From an uncultured Clostridia bacterium (GTDB lineage: Bacteria > Bacillota > Clostridia > Christensenellales > UBA1242): a stretch of DNA of 64,000 nucleotides. The notes below the pieces were generated by a model. That model saw nothing but the letters and a program-made list of their open reading frames with translations, was not told where the DNA came from and did not search any database. The translations under genes were made by a program, and so were the position numbers. Shown piece after piece: positions 48,200 through 57,999 of the stretch (position 1 is the first letter of the stretch; every line of letters starts with the position of its first letter). The stretch covers positions 26,754 to 90,753 of the forward strand of contig CALVZQ010000003.1 in the NCBI GenBank assembly GCA_944372585.1, written 5' to 3'.

Positions 48200-48228
48200 A
48201 TAATATCACAATGAAATTTTTATGTCAA
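48200..48228 (-). promoter_or_regulatory. sigma-A promoter of infC-rpmI-rplT
   Basis: On the minus strand: TTGACA (48228-48223), 17-nt spacer, TATTAT (48205-48200). Confidence 0.65.
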
Positions 48229-48858
48229 TCATTTTTTCAAAATTTTTTCAGCATTTTCTGATTTTTTGCTTTTATCATCAAAATCATTGTTCTTGTTTTT
48301 ATTTCCAACTTTATTTTTTCTGAACTTAATCCCTTTTATCAATGCCAGCGGAGATGTCTCCATTATGCTTGCTGTTTTCATGACGACATTTTCACACTTA
48401 TCAACAGAATATCCTTTCATGACTGCTTTTCCAAAGATTGTCAATCCTGCAATCAATGCACTGACAACACAAGTCACAATGAAATAAATTGTTTCATCTT
48501 GCAGATGCATATTAAGAACAAGACTGACACCTCCTGCACCACTCAAGATTCCGCAAATGTCACCCACAACATCTCCGCAAAAAGAAGAAACCTTTTCTGT
48601 GTTTTGACAAAGCTTAATAGCCGTTTGATAGCCCTTTTGTTTGGAATATTTTTCAATCTGTTCAATCTTGATTGATGTTACTGCGACGCTTATCATGTCA
48701 AAAATCACACTGATAACAATGAAAAACGCAATGATAAAAAGTGAAAGAAAAATTGATAGATTTGGAAAAAGGCTTTGTGACACAACACTGAACACAATAG
48801 ATAAAAATATGGAGAGAATAAGTGTCTTAAATGCCCACCTAAGATTGTTTTTCTTCAT
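48229..48858 (-). CDS. hypothetical polytopic membrane protein with a Lys/Asn-rich tail
   Basis: 209 aa with four or five hydrophobic helices. No motif that I can name with confidence. Confidence 0.55.
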   Translation of the reverse strand: MKKNNLRWAFKTLILSIFLSIVFSVVSQSLFPNLSIFLSLFIIAFFIVISVIFDMISVAVTSIKIEQIEKYSKQKGYQTAIKLCQNTEKVSSFCGDVVGDICGILSGAGGVSLVLNMHLQDETIYFIVTCVVSALIAGLTIFGKAVMKGYSVDKCENVVMKTASIMETSPLALIKGIKFRKNKVGNKNKNNDFDDKSKKSENAEKILKK

Positions 48859-48906
48859 ATTTTATTATATTTTGAATTGCTTTTGTTTAGGACAAACAGT
48901 GAAAAT

Positions 48907-49935
48907 TTATTTATCTATGTTAAGTTTTTTGAAGTTGACAAGTTCTGGCTTATTCTTGATGAACCAATCAACCGAATCATTCACACTTTCAACAACATCT
49001 CTTGGTTTGAACTTGAGTTCTTTCTTTGCTTTTTCATTGCCGAAATTGTGATTTACGTTCAAAGTGTAGAGTGAATATTTTGAAAAGACAGGTTTCTTTT
49101 TTCTCATTTTGTAATACAAATTGCTTAACCCTGCAAACATTCTCACAAACCACAATGCAATCTTTGGCGGAAGTCTTTTTCGCCCAAGTTTCTTGTTGAT
49201 TATGCTTAGAAGTTCTTTCAAATCAACAGCACGACCACTGACAATATAACCTTCACCGTCACGTCCCATAGTCACTGCATTGACTGCAGAATCAACGACA
49301 TCTCTGACATCGACAAAGTTATATCCGCCTTTGACATAAGCAATAAGTTTATGGTTCATATAATCCAAAATGACTTGGCCAAGTTCGGAAATTTTGTAAT
49401 CATAAGGTCCCAAAACACCAGAAGGATACAAAACAGAGGCTTTCAGTCCTTTTTCTTTGCAAGCATCAAAGATGTATTTTGTTGCTTCCAATTTTGTTTT
49501 TGCATAATTCCCCACAACCTTATTCTTGTCAAAGACAGTTGGTTCAACAAGAATGTCTCCTTCATTTTGTGGGTCGATGATGTGAACAGTGCTGAGATAT
49601 ATCAATTTTTTTGCTTTGTTTTCAACACAAGCATCAACGACATTTTTTGTCCCTTCCACATTGACCTTTCTAATAATTTCTTCTTGCATTGTTCCTATAT
49701 CAATGATTCCGGCCAAGTGCATCACAATGGAATCTTTTTCAATCAATTTGAAAACCGCTTCTCTGTCTGTGATGTCACCATAAACAATTTTCAAATTCAA
49801 ATCTTTAATTGGTGTTAAATCTTCATTTGGCAAAACAAAAGCAGTCACATCTTTGTTCTGCTTGCAAAGTTTTCTTGCCAGAACATTTCCAATGTGACCT
49901 GTTGCTCCTGTAATTATATACTTTTCTTTTTCCAT
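48907..49935 (-). CDS. NAD-dependent epimerase/dehydratase (extended SDR)
   Basis: ITGATGHIGNVL Rossmann motif and YAKTK catalytic YxxxK. Start set at Met7 (49935) behind AGAGGTGA. Confidence 0.8.
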   Translation of the reverse strand: MEKEKYIITGATGHIGNVLARKLCKQNKDVTAFVLPNEDLTPIKDLNLKIVYGDITDREAVFKLIEKDSIVMHLAGIIDIGTMQEEIIRKVNVEGTKNVVDACVENKAKKLIYLSTVHIIDPQNEGDILVEPTVFDKNKVVGNYAKTKLEATKYIFDACKEKGLKASVLYPSGVLGPYDYKISELGQVILDYMNHKLIAYVKGGYNFVDVRDVVDSAVNAVTMGRDGEGYIVSGRAVDLKELLSIINKKLGRKRLPPKIALWFVRMFAGLSNLYYKMRKKKPVFSKYSLYTLNVNHNFGNEKAKKELKFKPRDVVESVNDSVDWFIKNKPELVNFKKLNIDK

Positions 49936-49955
49936 ATAATTCACCTCTTGCAAAT

Positions 49956-49984
49956 ATTATAGTGCGAGAAAATTAATTTGTTAA
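49956..49984 (-). promoter_or_regulatory. sigma-A type promoter of the SDR gene
   Basis: On the minus strand: TTAACA (49984-49979), 17-nt spacer, TATAAT (49961-49956). Confidence 0.55.
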
Positions 49985-50006
49985 ATATTTTTGCAAATTC
50001 TTACGG

Positions 50007-50540
50007 CTATTTATTTTTTTTACAAGGTGAAAATTTGTCTTCAAGTTTTTGTTTGAATATATCGTTTAATTCTTCAACTGACCCTTCTGTGATTTTATCT
50101 TTTGGAAGAAGATGTGCTTGAGATGTTGAAAGATATAGAAGCCAATATTTATCAGTTTCTTTAACCATGTAGATGTATGAATATTCACTTTCTGTGAAAG
50201 ATTTAAAAGTGTCACCCTTGGTTTGCTCAATTGTGAACTTGTTATCATCAAATTTGTATGTTTCAACAAGTTCATCTTTAAGCAGCAGAGATGACTTGTT
50301 GTTGCTTTTTGAAATTCCTTTAGTCAGCAATATGCAAAGTGGTGTAAACAAAACTCCAATGACAATAAACACAACCGCAGTTGCAATCATTCCTGGGTCT
50401 TCGATTATCGTAAGCACACCCAACAAAATGAATATCAGCGAAAACAACAAATATAGCCACCAAATTTTCTTCATTTGGAAATTTGTTATTTCTTTGGTTG
50501 CATTTTCGTCCAATTTAGTTTTGATTTCAACCATTATCAA
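50007..50540 (-). CDS. YcxB-like membrane protein
   Basis: Two adjacent TM helices, then a C-terminal domain ending in the ..YWLLYLSTSQAHLLPKDKI pattern typical of the YcxB family as I recall it. Confidence 0.45.
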   Translation of the reverse strand: MIMVEIKTKLDENATKEITNFQMKKIWWLYLLFSLIFILLGVLTIIEDPGMIATAVVFIVIGVLFTPLCILLTKGISKSNNKSSLLLKDELVETYKFDDNKFTIEQTKGDTFKSFTESEYSYIYMVKETDKYWLLYLSTSQAHLLPKDKITEGSVEELNDIFKQKLEDKFSPCKKNK

Positions 50541-50546
50541 ACTCCT

Positions 50547-52277
50547 TTATAAAGTTTTTTCAATTTCATCAATCTCTTCTTGAATCATGACCTTGAGTTC
50601 TGGAATTAAGTCTGCTATTGGGATAAACAAAGGTTCGCCTTCTTCTCCTCTGACTGTGACTTCCGCTGTTCCGTTTGCCAGCGTTTTTGGACTTATGACA
50701 ACCCTTATTGGCATACCCATAAGTTCGCTGTCAGTAAGTTTGATTCCTGCAGAAATGTTTCTGTCATCAAACAAAACTTCAATGCCTGCGTTTTCCATCT
50801 TTTTGTAGAGTTCGTCTGCAACTGCACTGACATTTTCGTTATCAAGTCTGATTGGGCAGAAGTGAACTTGCCAAGGTGCAATTGTCATTGGCCAAATAAG
50901 TCCCTTATCATCTGCTTTTTCTTCGATAATGCTTGCAAGACATCTTCCAACGCCAATTCCATAACAGCCCATGATAGGTTCTTTCACGGTTCCGTCTGGC
51001 ATTGTTATTTTCATTCCCATAGGTTTTGTGTATTTTGTTCCAAGTTGGAAAATGTTTCCAATTTCAATACCACGGCTCAAATGCAAAGGTTTATGGCAAA
51101 CTGGACATAAATCACCTTCTCTAACCAAAGAGATATTCACAAAATTGTCAACTTTGACATCTCTTGAAATGCTTACATTTTTCAAGTGGAAGTCTTTTTT
51201 ATTTGCTCCAGTAACAAAACTTTCCAATCCTTTCAAAGTTTCATCAAAGAACACAAAAGAATTTTCTGGAACATTCAAGTTTACGCAACCAATGTTTCCC
51301 GCTTCCAATCCATATTTTTCCACTTCAACAGGATATAATTCACTTTGCACAAGTTTTTTCAACTTTGTTTCGTTCACATCGCAGTCACCACGAAGAAAAG
51401 CAACGACAAGTTTTTCATCTAGTGTCTGATAATAAACCGCTTTTGCAGTGTGTTTTGAATCAGTTTCAAGGAATGCACAAACCTCTTCAATTGTGTGAGC
51501 ATTGCCAGTGAAGACTTCTTCCATTTCCCCTGTCATCTGTCCGTCATTTTCTTCTTTGATTGAATCTGCAACTTCCATATTGCTGCTGTAGTTACATTCA
51601 GAGCAAAGCACAAGTCTGTCTTCCCCAGAATTTGTCACAGCCATAAATTCATCAGCAACCTTTCCACCCATCATGCCACTGTCACTTTTGACTGATATAA
51701 AGTTTTTAAATCCAATTCTTTTATAGATTCTGACATAAGCATCATACACTTTTTTGTAGAAGTTTTCCAAATCTTCCTGTGATGTGTGAAATGAGTATGC
51801 ATCCTTCATTGTGAACTCTCTCACTCTGATAAGTCCACCACGTGGTCTAGCCTCGTCTCTGTATTTGGTTTGAATTTGATAGATCATAAAAGGTAATTGA
51901 TCATAACTTTTGATGGTGTTCAAAGCCATATGAACAGCTGCTTCTTCATGAGTCATACCCAAAACCATGTCATGTCCATTTCTGTCTTTAAAACGCAAAA
52001 GTTCTTCTTGAATTGTTCCGTATCTTCCAGACATTTCCCAAAGTTCGCGTGGCATGACAACAGGGAAAAGAACTTCTTGCCCACCAAGATTGTTCATTTC
52101 TTCTCTGATGATGTTTTGAATTTTCAAGTTTACCCTTTGTGCTGGTGGAAGCAAAGAAAAAATTCCTGTGCTGACTTGTTTTATGTAGCCCGCACGCAAA
52201 AGTAAAATGTGACTTTTTAATGTTGCATTGTTTGGAGCATCTTTCAAGCGTTCTCCAACAAGTTTGCTTATTTTCAT
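50547..52277 (-). CDS. proS: proline--tRNA ligase (bacterial type with INS editing domain)
   Basis: 576 aa with LLLRAGYIKQVSTGIFSLLP, class II motifs (FRDEARPRGGLIRVREFTMKDAYSF, GCYGIGVGR) and a C-terminal anticodon-binding domain. Confidence 0.95.
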   Translation of the reverse strand: MKISKLVGERLKDAPNNATLKSHILLLRAGYIKQVSTGIFSLLPPAQRVNLKIQNIIREEMNNLGGQEVLFPVVMPRELWEMSGRYGTIQEELLRFKDRNGHDMVLGMTHEEAAVHMALNTIKSYDQLPFMIYQIQTKYRDEARPRGGLIRVREFTMKDAYSFHTSQEDLENFYKKVYDAYVRIYKRIGFKNFISVKSDSGMMGGKVADEFMAVTNSGEDRLVLCSECNYSSNMEVADSIKEENDGQMTGEMEEVFTGNAHTIEEVCAFLETDSKHTAKAVYYQTLDEKLVVAFLRGDCDVNETKLKKLVQSELYPVEVEKYGLEAGNIGCVNLNVPENSFVFFDETLKGLESFVTGANKKDFHLKNVSISRDVKVDNFVNISLVREGDLCPVCHKPLHLSRGIEIGNIFQLGTKYTKPMGMKITMPDGTVKEPIMGCYGIGVGRCLASIIEEKADDKGLIWPMTIAPWQVHFCPIRLDNENVSAVADELYKKMENAGIEVLFDDRNISAGIKLTDSELMGMPIRVVISPKTLANGTAEVTVRGEEGEPLFIPIADLIPELKVMIQEEIDEIEKTL

Positions 52278-52477
52278 ACTTCCTCCTCTGTGATTTGGTC
52301 AAGTTCTTTCTTGATTTGATATAATTTTCCTGTTGTTTTGGAAAGTTCTTCTTGAGAGAATTTTGCGAGATCGCTTGCACGCTCAAAAAATTCTTGTGCT
52401 TTCTTCAACGGCAATTGCTCATTCTCAAGTTTTTCGATTATTTCTTCCATTTCCTTTATTGCTTCTTCGTAACTCAT
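52274..52477 (-). CDS. xseB: exodeoxyribonuclease VII small subunit
   Basis: 67 aa, SYEEAIKEMEEIIEKLENEQLPL, following xseA. Confidence 0.9.
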   Translation of the reverse strand: MSYEEAIKEMEEIIEKLENEQLPLKKAQEFFERASDLAKFSQEELSKTTGKLYQIKKELDQITEEEV

Positions 52478-52480
52478 AAA

Positions 52481-53668
52481 TCACTCCTTATTTTGTGGCA
52501 TTGCTTTCACACAGCCATCTGAAAAGTTGATTTCAATTTGACTGCCAAAGTCAACGTTTTTTGCCAGTCCGATTGGTTTTCCATTTTGTTCTATTTTAGC
52601 ATATCCCTGTGACAATATGTCAAGCGGATTAAGTTTCTTTAATGTGGCAAGTTTGAGTTTGAGTTCATAGTCTCTCTTAACCACAAATTCATTCAACTTG
52701 CTTGATATTTGACTTGTCAGTTTCTCAATCTGCAGTTTTTTATCTGCCACCATATCTTCAACCATTGAAACAATGATGTTTTTTGTCCCCTGAAATTGCA
52801 ATGTTTTGTCAGCAATGTAGGTGTCAATGTTTCGAGAAAGACGTGATATATCCTTCTTTAATGCCATTTTGTGCGATTTTGTGTCTTTTGCCAAAAGCTC
52901 TGCTGCAGCACTCGGTGTTGGTGCTCTAAGGTCAGAAACAAAGTCTATGATTGTGAAATCAGTCTCATGTCCAACCGCCGACACAATCGGCTTTTTGCAG
53001 GCATAAGTTGCACGAGCAACAAGTTCGGTGTTGTATGCCGACAAATCTTCCAAACTTCCGCCTCCACGGGCAACAATGATAACGTCAACCTTGTCATATT
53101 CAGAAAAGAATTCAATACCATCAGCAATTTCTCTTTCGGCTCCGTTTCCTTGAACTTTGGTGTCATAAAGCACAATGTCAATTCCGGGGTTTCTTCTCCA
53201 TGTCACATTCTTGATATCTTGAATGACTGCTCCATCTTTTGAGGTCACAACTCCAATTCTCTTGATGTTTGTCGGCAGTTGTTTTTTGTGTGATTGGTCA
53301 AACAAACCTTCTTTTTCAAGTTGTTCTTTCAAAAGCAAGAATCTTTGATACAAAAGTCCTTGTCCAAACGGCTCAATCTTGTTTACAACAAAATTAAATC
53401 TTCCGCTCTTGGCGTAATAATTTGGACTTCCAGTGACGACAACCATGTCGCCTTCTTTGATGTCTTTTGCAAGTTCGCCATAAAAACAAACACAAGGCAA
53501 AGAACTTGCCTCGTCTTTAATGGAAAAATAAACAGCAGTTTTGGAAAGAGAAACGCCAAAGACTTCCCCAGCAATCTTGACATTGTGGAGCAACTCTTCG
53601 GCGTTGAAAATATCCCTTATTATTGTGTTGAATTTTGTTACTGTTAAAGTAAAATTTGAATTTGACAT
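52481..53668 (-). CDS. xseA: exodeoxyribonuclease VII large subunit
   Basis: N-terminal OB fold (V.GE.......SGH.YF.LKD pattern), IGVVTS..GA...D and ARGGGS.EDL motifs. Confidence 0.93.
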   Translation of the reverse strand: MSNSNFTLTVTKFNTIIRDIFNAEELLHNVKIAGEVFGVSLSKTAVYFSIKDEASSLPCVCFYGELAKDIKEGDMVVVTGSPNYYAKSGRFNFVVNKIEPFGQGLLYQRFLLLKEQLEKEGLFDQSHKKQLPTNIKRIGVVTSKDGAVIQDIKNVTWRRNPGIDIVLYDTKVQGNGAEREIADGIEFFSEYDKVDVIIVARGGGSLEDLSAYNTELVARATYACKKPIVSAVGHETDFTIIDFVSDLRAPTPSAAAELLAKDTKSHKMALKKDISRLSRNIDTYIADKTLQFQGTKNIIVSMVEDMVADKKLQIEKLTSQISSKLNEFVVKRDYELKLKLATLKKLNPLDILSQGYAKIEQNGKPIGLAKNVDFGSQIEINFSDGCVKAMPQNKE

Positions 53669-53673
53669 CTATT

Positions 53674-54054
53674 CTAATTGACTATGGCAGAAACTAGTCC
53701 ATTAATAAATTTTGAAGATTTCTCTGTGCTATATTTTTTTGCAAGTTCCAATGCTTCATTGATTGCAACAGCCTTAGGAGTTTCGCAAAATTTGATTTCT
53801 GTGACTGCAAGATATATTATTGCCAAATCGATTTTAAAAAGTCTGTCATATTCAAAATTCTTCAAATGCTTTTCAATTTCTTCTTTGAGAAGTTCTTTAT
53901 GTTCGTTGAAGTTTTTCATTATGTCTTCAAAAAACTTGTTGTCATCTTCTTTTTTCAAGACAGTCAAATTTTCCTTGGAAAGCAACTGGTCATATTCATG
54001 AAACAAACTTTCAAAAATCAATTTGAAGGCGTTCTCACGAGCGTCGTTACGCAT
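53674..54054 (-). CDS. nusB: transcription antitermination factor NusB
   Basis: RENAFKLIFE....., AVINEALELAKKY. Start set at Met13 (54054). Confidence 0.9.
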   Translation of the reverse strand: MRNDARENAFKLIFESLFHEYDQLLSKENLTVLKKEDDNKFFEDIMKNFNEHKELLKEEIEKHLKNFEYDRLFKIDLAIIYLAVTEIKFCETPKAVAINEALELAKKYSTEKSSKFINGLVSAIVN

Positions 54055-54415
54055 TTTCCACCTCTTTGTCACATTCCACATTGATGACATGAATGTTGAT
54101 TTTAAGTGGTTTCAATGCAACCATTGTTGCAAGTGAGTTTCTGATGTTCTCTTGAACTCTGTATGCGATGTCCGGAACGCTGAAGCCAATGTAGATGTTG
54201 ATATAAACATCAACAGTGAGTGCTCCATTTTTCTCAAATTTGATTTCCACCCCGTCGTCATAACGATTGAAAAGTTTTTTATACCATGGACGAGCGGAAT
54301 TTGTCACACTCTCAACGCCATTGATTTCCTTTGCAGCCAGATTTATGATTGAAACAAGAATTTTTCTGTCCAAAGTGATTTTTCCATTGTTGGTGTCTTG
54401 GTTTTTTACTGCCAT
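54047..54415 (-). CDS. Asp23/Gls24 family envelope stress protein (YqhY-like)
   Basis: ILVSIINLAAKEINGVESV... and position between spoIIIAH and nusB, as for B. subtilis yqhY. Confidence 0.85.
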   Translation of the reverse strand: MAVKNQDTNNGKITLDRKILVSIINLAAKEINGVESVTNSARPWYKKLFNRYDDGVEIKFEKNGALTVDVYINIYIGFSVPDIAYRVQENIRNSLATMVALKPLKINIHVINVECDKEVENA

Positions 54416-54474
54416 AACCTTCTCCTTGTGTTAATAACAAAGATATTTTATCATAAGTTATAACATTTTGCAAA

Positions 54475-54942
54475 TTATTCTGCTGGAATTATCACAATAT
54501 TTTTAAGTTCTGTGCCAAGTTGTTCTTTGACAATTGTTGAAATTTGAGCAACTTCATTTTCTGTAAGTGTTGTGCTCTTGACAACAACATTAACTTTTGT
54601 GTCAGAAATTGCAATCACACAGTCAGAAAATCCTTGTGCTTTTATGAGCCCTTCAACAGCAAGTTCTTTTTCCATTGTTTCAATAAGGTCAAGTTTTGCT
54701 TGTTCTGCTGCAGCAATTGCCGCTTCTGTTGATGATGCACTGTCAATGATTGCATCATAATACAAAATTTCTTGATCACGAGTGCTTTCTCTGTCATTGC
54801 GATATGATGTGAAATAACTTGTTGTCGTCACACCAGTGTTTGTTTCTTTGATTGAATTGTTCAAAACAATGTTCAAATATCCTGTCACTCCCAAGAGGAC
54901 AATCATAAGTGAAAGAATGATGATTTTTGTTCTTTTTTTCAT
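54475..54942 (-). CDS. spoIIIAH: stage III sporulation protein AH
   Basis: N-terminal TM, then the pattern F..YR..RE..R......, GFSDCVIAISDTKVNVVV. Last gene of the spoIIIA operon. Confidence 0.7.
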   Translation of the reverse strand: MKKRTKIIILSLMIVLLGVTGYLNIVLNNSIKETNTGVTTTSYFTSYRNDRESTRDQEILYYDAIIDSASSTEAAIAAAEQAKLDLIETMEKELAVEGLIKAQGFSDCVIAISDTKVNVVVKSTTLTENEVAQISTIVKEQLGTELKNIVIIPAE

Positions 54943-54955
54943 GTTTTATCTCCTT

Positions 54956-55474
54956 TTATGAAAGAATTGTTATATTGTCGCTGTCAACTTCCAAGACAGT
55001 TTCAACAGCTTCTAAGATGTCCATCTTAATTGAAAAGTTTTCTGCACCTTTTGCAACAATCACCACCCCCTTTATGACAGGATAATTTTCCTTGATAATC
55101 ACAGGCTCATTAGAAACAAGAATGACTGTTTCTGTTGTTATTGTCGTTTCTGTTCCACCTGAAACTGTGGTTTTCGTGTCTGTTTCGGTTGCATACTCAT
55201 AAGAAAAACCACTTTCCAAAGTGATAATCACACTGCAATCACCCACGCCAGAAATCCTGGACAATACATTACATAACTTATTCTCAAGGTAGTCCACATA
55301 TTCCTCAGCGGAAGAGTATTCTTTTGTCGTATCATTTTCAATGCTGTCGTTTTTTGGCTGTGAGAAGAAAGAGAAATAAATCACACAAACCAAAAGCCCA
55401 ATGACCACAGCAACCCAGATCTCAAAATGTCTAATAGATTTCAGTTTCGCCCAAAATTCTTTAATTTTGCTCAT
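54956..55474 (-). CDS. spoIIIAG: stage III sporulation protein AG
   Basis: One TM helix and the conserved C-terminus YPVIKGVVIVAKGAENFSIKMDILEAVETVLEV. Start set at Met8 (55474). Confidence 0.7.
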   Translation of the reverse strand: MSKIKEFWAKLKSIRHFEIWVAVVIGLLVCVIYFSFFSQPKNDSIENDTTKEYSSAEEYVDYLENKLCNVLSRISGVGDCSVIITLESGFSYEYATETDTKTTVSGGTETTITTETVILVSNEPVIIKENYPVIKGVVIVAKGAENFSIKMDILEAVETVLEVDSDNITILS

Positions 55475-55964
55475 TAAATTCAACCTCCACACCATCTAAG
55501 ATGGAAAAACCATCTATGATCTCTCTTATTTTCAACTTCGCTGTCACAATATCTTTACTTTCAAATTTTTCGTCATATTCAATATCGCATAAATCGACAT
55601 AAACACCATAAATTTCCAGCGTCTGTGAAAGCACATTTGCATTGATTGAAACCTCCACATTGTTCATTCCCTCATTTTGAATTTTCTTTGAAAGATCTTC
55701 ATTCAAGGTTGTAAGTTTGTCCAAGTTCAGTTGATATAAATAATCTTCCTGCAGTGTGCTTTCACTCGTTCCAAAGTAGTCAGACAAATCAAAATCTTTT
55801 CCAAAAATGGAAGGAAGAGGCATGATGATGACAAGCAAAATGACGAATGAAAAAATGACTTTTGTGTATCGATTTATTTGTCCTTCTGGAAGAACAAATT
55901 CAGCCAAGACACTCAAAATGATGACGCCAGCAATTGACAACAACCAACTTGATATCGCACCCAT
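55461..55964 (-). CDS. spoIIIAF: stage III sporulation protein AF
   Basis: The N-terminus SSWLLSIAGVIILSVLAEFVLPEG...YTKVIFSFVILLVII matches the SpoIIIAF pattern. Start set at ATG 55964 behind AAAGGAGGGG. Confidence 0.75.
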   Translation of the reverse strand: MGAISSWLLSIAGVIILSVLAEFVLPEGQINRYTKVIFSFVILLVIIMPLPSIFGKDFDLSDYFGTSESTLQEDYLYQLNLDKLTTLNEDLSKKIQNEGMNNVEVSINANVLSQTLEIYGVYVDLCDIEYDEKFESKDIVTAKLKIREIIDGFSILDGVEVEFNEQN

Positions 55965-56062
55965 TTCCCCTCCTTTTTGATTTGTTTTCATAAGAAATTT
56001 GCTTTTGCTTTACTTTCGGATTTTGTTGTCACAAAAATACAATTTTCAAGTTTTTTGAAATT

Positions 56063-57346
56063 TTAAATCACCAAATTGGCACTGCACATAATCAGCCCCG
56101 TCATAACCAAATACATGAACGAAACCGCAACAAGAAGTGCAACAAGAAGAGACAAACTTTTGGATATGTCGCTTATGAAATTTGCTGTCTTTTTGTCGCC
56201 TATTGGTTCGATTATTCCAGCCATAAACTTCAGCGAGAGAATGAATATTGCAAGGTTAATCACTGGAGAGATCACACTGGAAAAAAGCAAGAAAAGCCCA
56301 ACACCACCAACCGCATTTTTAATCAACATACTGCTTGCCATGATGATGGAAAGTCCGTCAGAGACATATCCGCCGACAACAGGAATGTAACTCTTGATTG
56401 CATATTTTGCCGTCCTTATTGAAAGCCCGTCAACGGCCCCTGCCATGATCCCTTGAATGCTCACAAACCCAAGAAAAATCGTAAAACAAAGACCAATTGT
56501 CCACTTAAACGTACCTTGCAAAAAAGAAACAAATTTGTCCAGTTTTATGTTGTTTGAGAGATTTCCGACAATTGAGAAAACCATAGAAAAAATGAAAAGT
56601 GGAAGCAAGATATATGTGATAAGAGAAATGAAAACATTGCCAAGAAGTGCAATTGCTGGCTGATAGATCCCCACCGAGACTGTTCCACCGACTGCTGTCA
56701 AAAGTGTGAGCAAAATTGGAAAAATCCCATCAAACATATTCTTCACTGATGTGAGTGTTGTGGTCGTCACTTTGATGATTTCCACAAGCGAAACTCCAAG
56801 AAAAATGATGACAACGCCATAAGTGACAAAGTGAATGATGTTTCCAACAGATTTTCCATTTGTGTTCGGTTTCAAGTTGGAAACCATGCCACCCAAAATG
56901 GAAATGGATATTATGCTTCCGATGATTGGAAGATAATCTTTCAAACCCTGCCAAAAGATTGAAAGGACTGCGGAGAAGAAATTTTCAGAACTTTCGGCAT
57001 ATTCACCAGATATGACATAACTTACTTTTTCAACAAAGGAATTGGAATTGAAAAGATTTTTTGCATCAGTGCTCAATTTTGAAATTATGTCCTCAATGCC
57101 AGAAAAATCAAGGTTTCCAATTTGTTTGTCAATTTCTTCTTGGAGCATCTCTTCCAACTCTTCCGTGCTTTCAGCCTCGTCCGAAGAAGTTGCATAAGCA
57201 ATTGTATTGTTTCTTTCAAAGCCAGTCACAACGTCAAATCTGCCATAAAAACAAGAAACAAAAATCAATAAGACAACAAAAATTGGATAAAATTTTCTCC
57301 GCCTGCTCTTCCTTTTTGGCGGACGAAACAATCTTCTCTTCATCAT
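56063..57346 (-). CDS. spoIIIAE: stage III sporulation protein AE
   Basis: 427-aa polytopic membrane protein in operon position; ATGA overlap with spoIIIAD. Confidence 0.88.
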   Translation of the reverse strand: MMKRRLFRPPKRKSRRRKFYPIFVVLLIFVSCFYGRFDVVTGFERNNTIAYATSSDEAESTEELEEMLQEEIDKQIGNLDFSGIEDIISKLSTDAKNLFNSNSFVEKVSYVISGEYAESSENFFSAVLSIFWQGLKDYLPIIGSIISISILGGMVSNLKPNTNGKSVGNIIHFVTYGVVIIFLGVSLVEIIKVTTTTLTSVKNMFDGIFPILLTLLTAVGGTVSVGIYQPAIALLGNVFISLITYILLPLFIFSMVFSIVGNLSNNIKLDKFVSFLQGTFKWTIGLCFTIFLGFVSIQGIMAGAVDGLSIRTAKYAIKSYIPVVGGYVSDGLSIIMASSMLIKNAVGGVGLFLLFSSVISPVINLAIFILSLKFMAGIIEPIGDKKTANFISDISKSLSLLVALLVAVSFMYLVMTGLIMCSANLVI

Positions 57347-57735
57347 TGTGGCAACAATTCCATAACAATGTCCAAAATACTTGTCACAATAGGAAGAGCC
57401 ATGACAAGTATGATAATTTTCCCTCCCAAAAGCACTTTATCTCCAAGGCTGTTATTCCCCGTGTCACTGCAAATGCTCGCCGTAAACTCTGTCAAATATC
57501 CAACACCAATAATTTTGAAAATCACTCCATAAAGCGAACCATTGACTCCAGAAATTTCAAAGATGTTGTTGAAAATGTCAAAAATTCCTGAAAGATATGA
57601 AAGCAGAAAAAAGATGATGATAATTCCGCCGACAATAGAAATGAAAATCGCAAAATCTGGCCGAACAGGTTTGATTATCAGACAAGTCACACAAGTGATA
57701 AGTGCGATGCCTATAATTTTGAAAATTGTGTCCAT
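57343..57735 (-). CDS. spoIIIAD: stage III sporulation protein AD
   Basis: 130 aa with four TM helices; IFKIIGIALI.. N-terminus and AELAGK-like centre (TEFTASICSDTGNNSLG). Confidence 0.85.
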   Translation of the reverse strand: MDTIFKIIGIALITCVTCLIIKPVRPDFAIFISIVGGIIIIFFLLSYLSGIFDIFNNIFEISGVNGSLYGVIFKIIGVGYLTEFTASICSDTGNNSLGDKVLLGGKIIILVMALPIVTSILDIVMELLPQ

Positions 57736-57762
57736 TTGCCCTCCTTTTTGCTATCTTCGTTT

Positions 57763-57975
57763 TTATATGAACGGCAACAAACTGAAATTGAAAATGGTTT
57801 TGATTGAAGTGAACAGTTCGCTGATAAGCCCCAAGACCATAAACAGAACAATGACAACACCAGCAAGTGTCGCCAATGTCGAGATGTCTTCCTTTCCACT
57901 GTTCTTGAGAATTTGACTTATCACAGCGGTCAAAATACCGATTGCCGCAATTTTGAAAATGATGTCAACATCCAT
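57763..57975 (-). CDS. spoIIIAC: stage III sporulation protein AC
   Basis: MDVDIIFKIAAIGILTAVISQIL matches the SpoIIIAC N-terminus MGVDVNVIFQIAGVGIV. ATG 57975 lies 5 nt after GAAGGAG. Confidence 0.85.
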   Translation of the reverse strand: MDVDIIFKIAAIGILTAVISQILKNSGKEDISTLATLAGVVIVLFMVLGLISELFTSIKTIFNFSLLPFI

Positions 57976-57999
57976 AAACACTCCTTCTTGGAATCTGAA

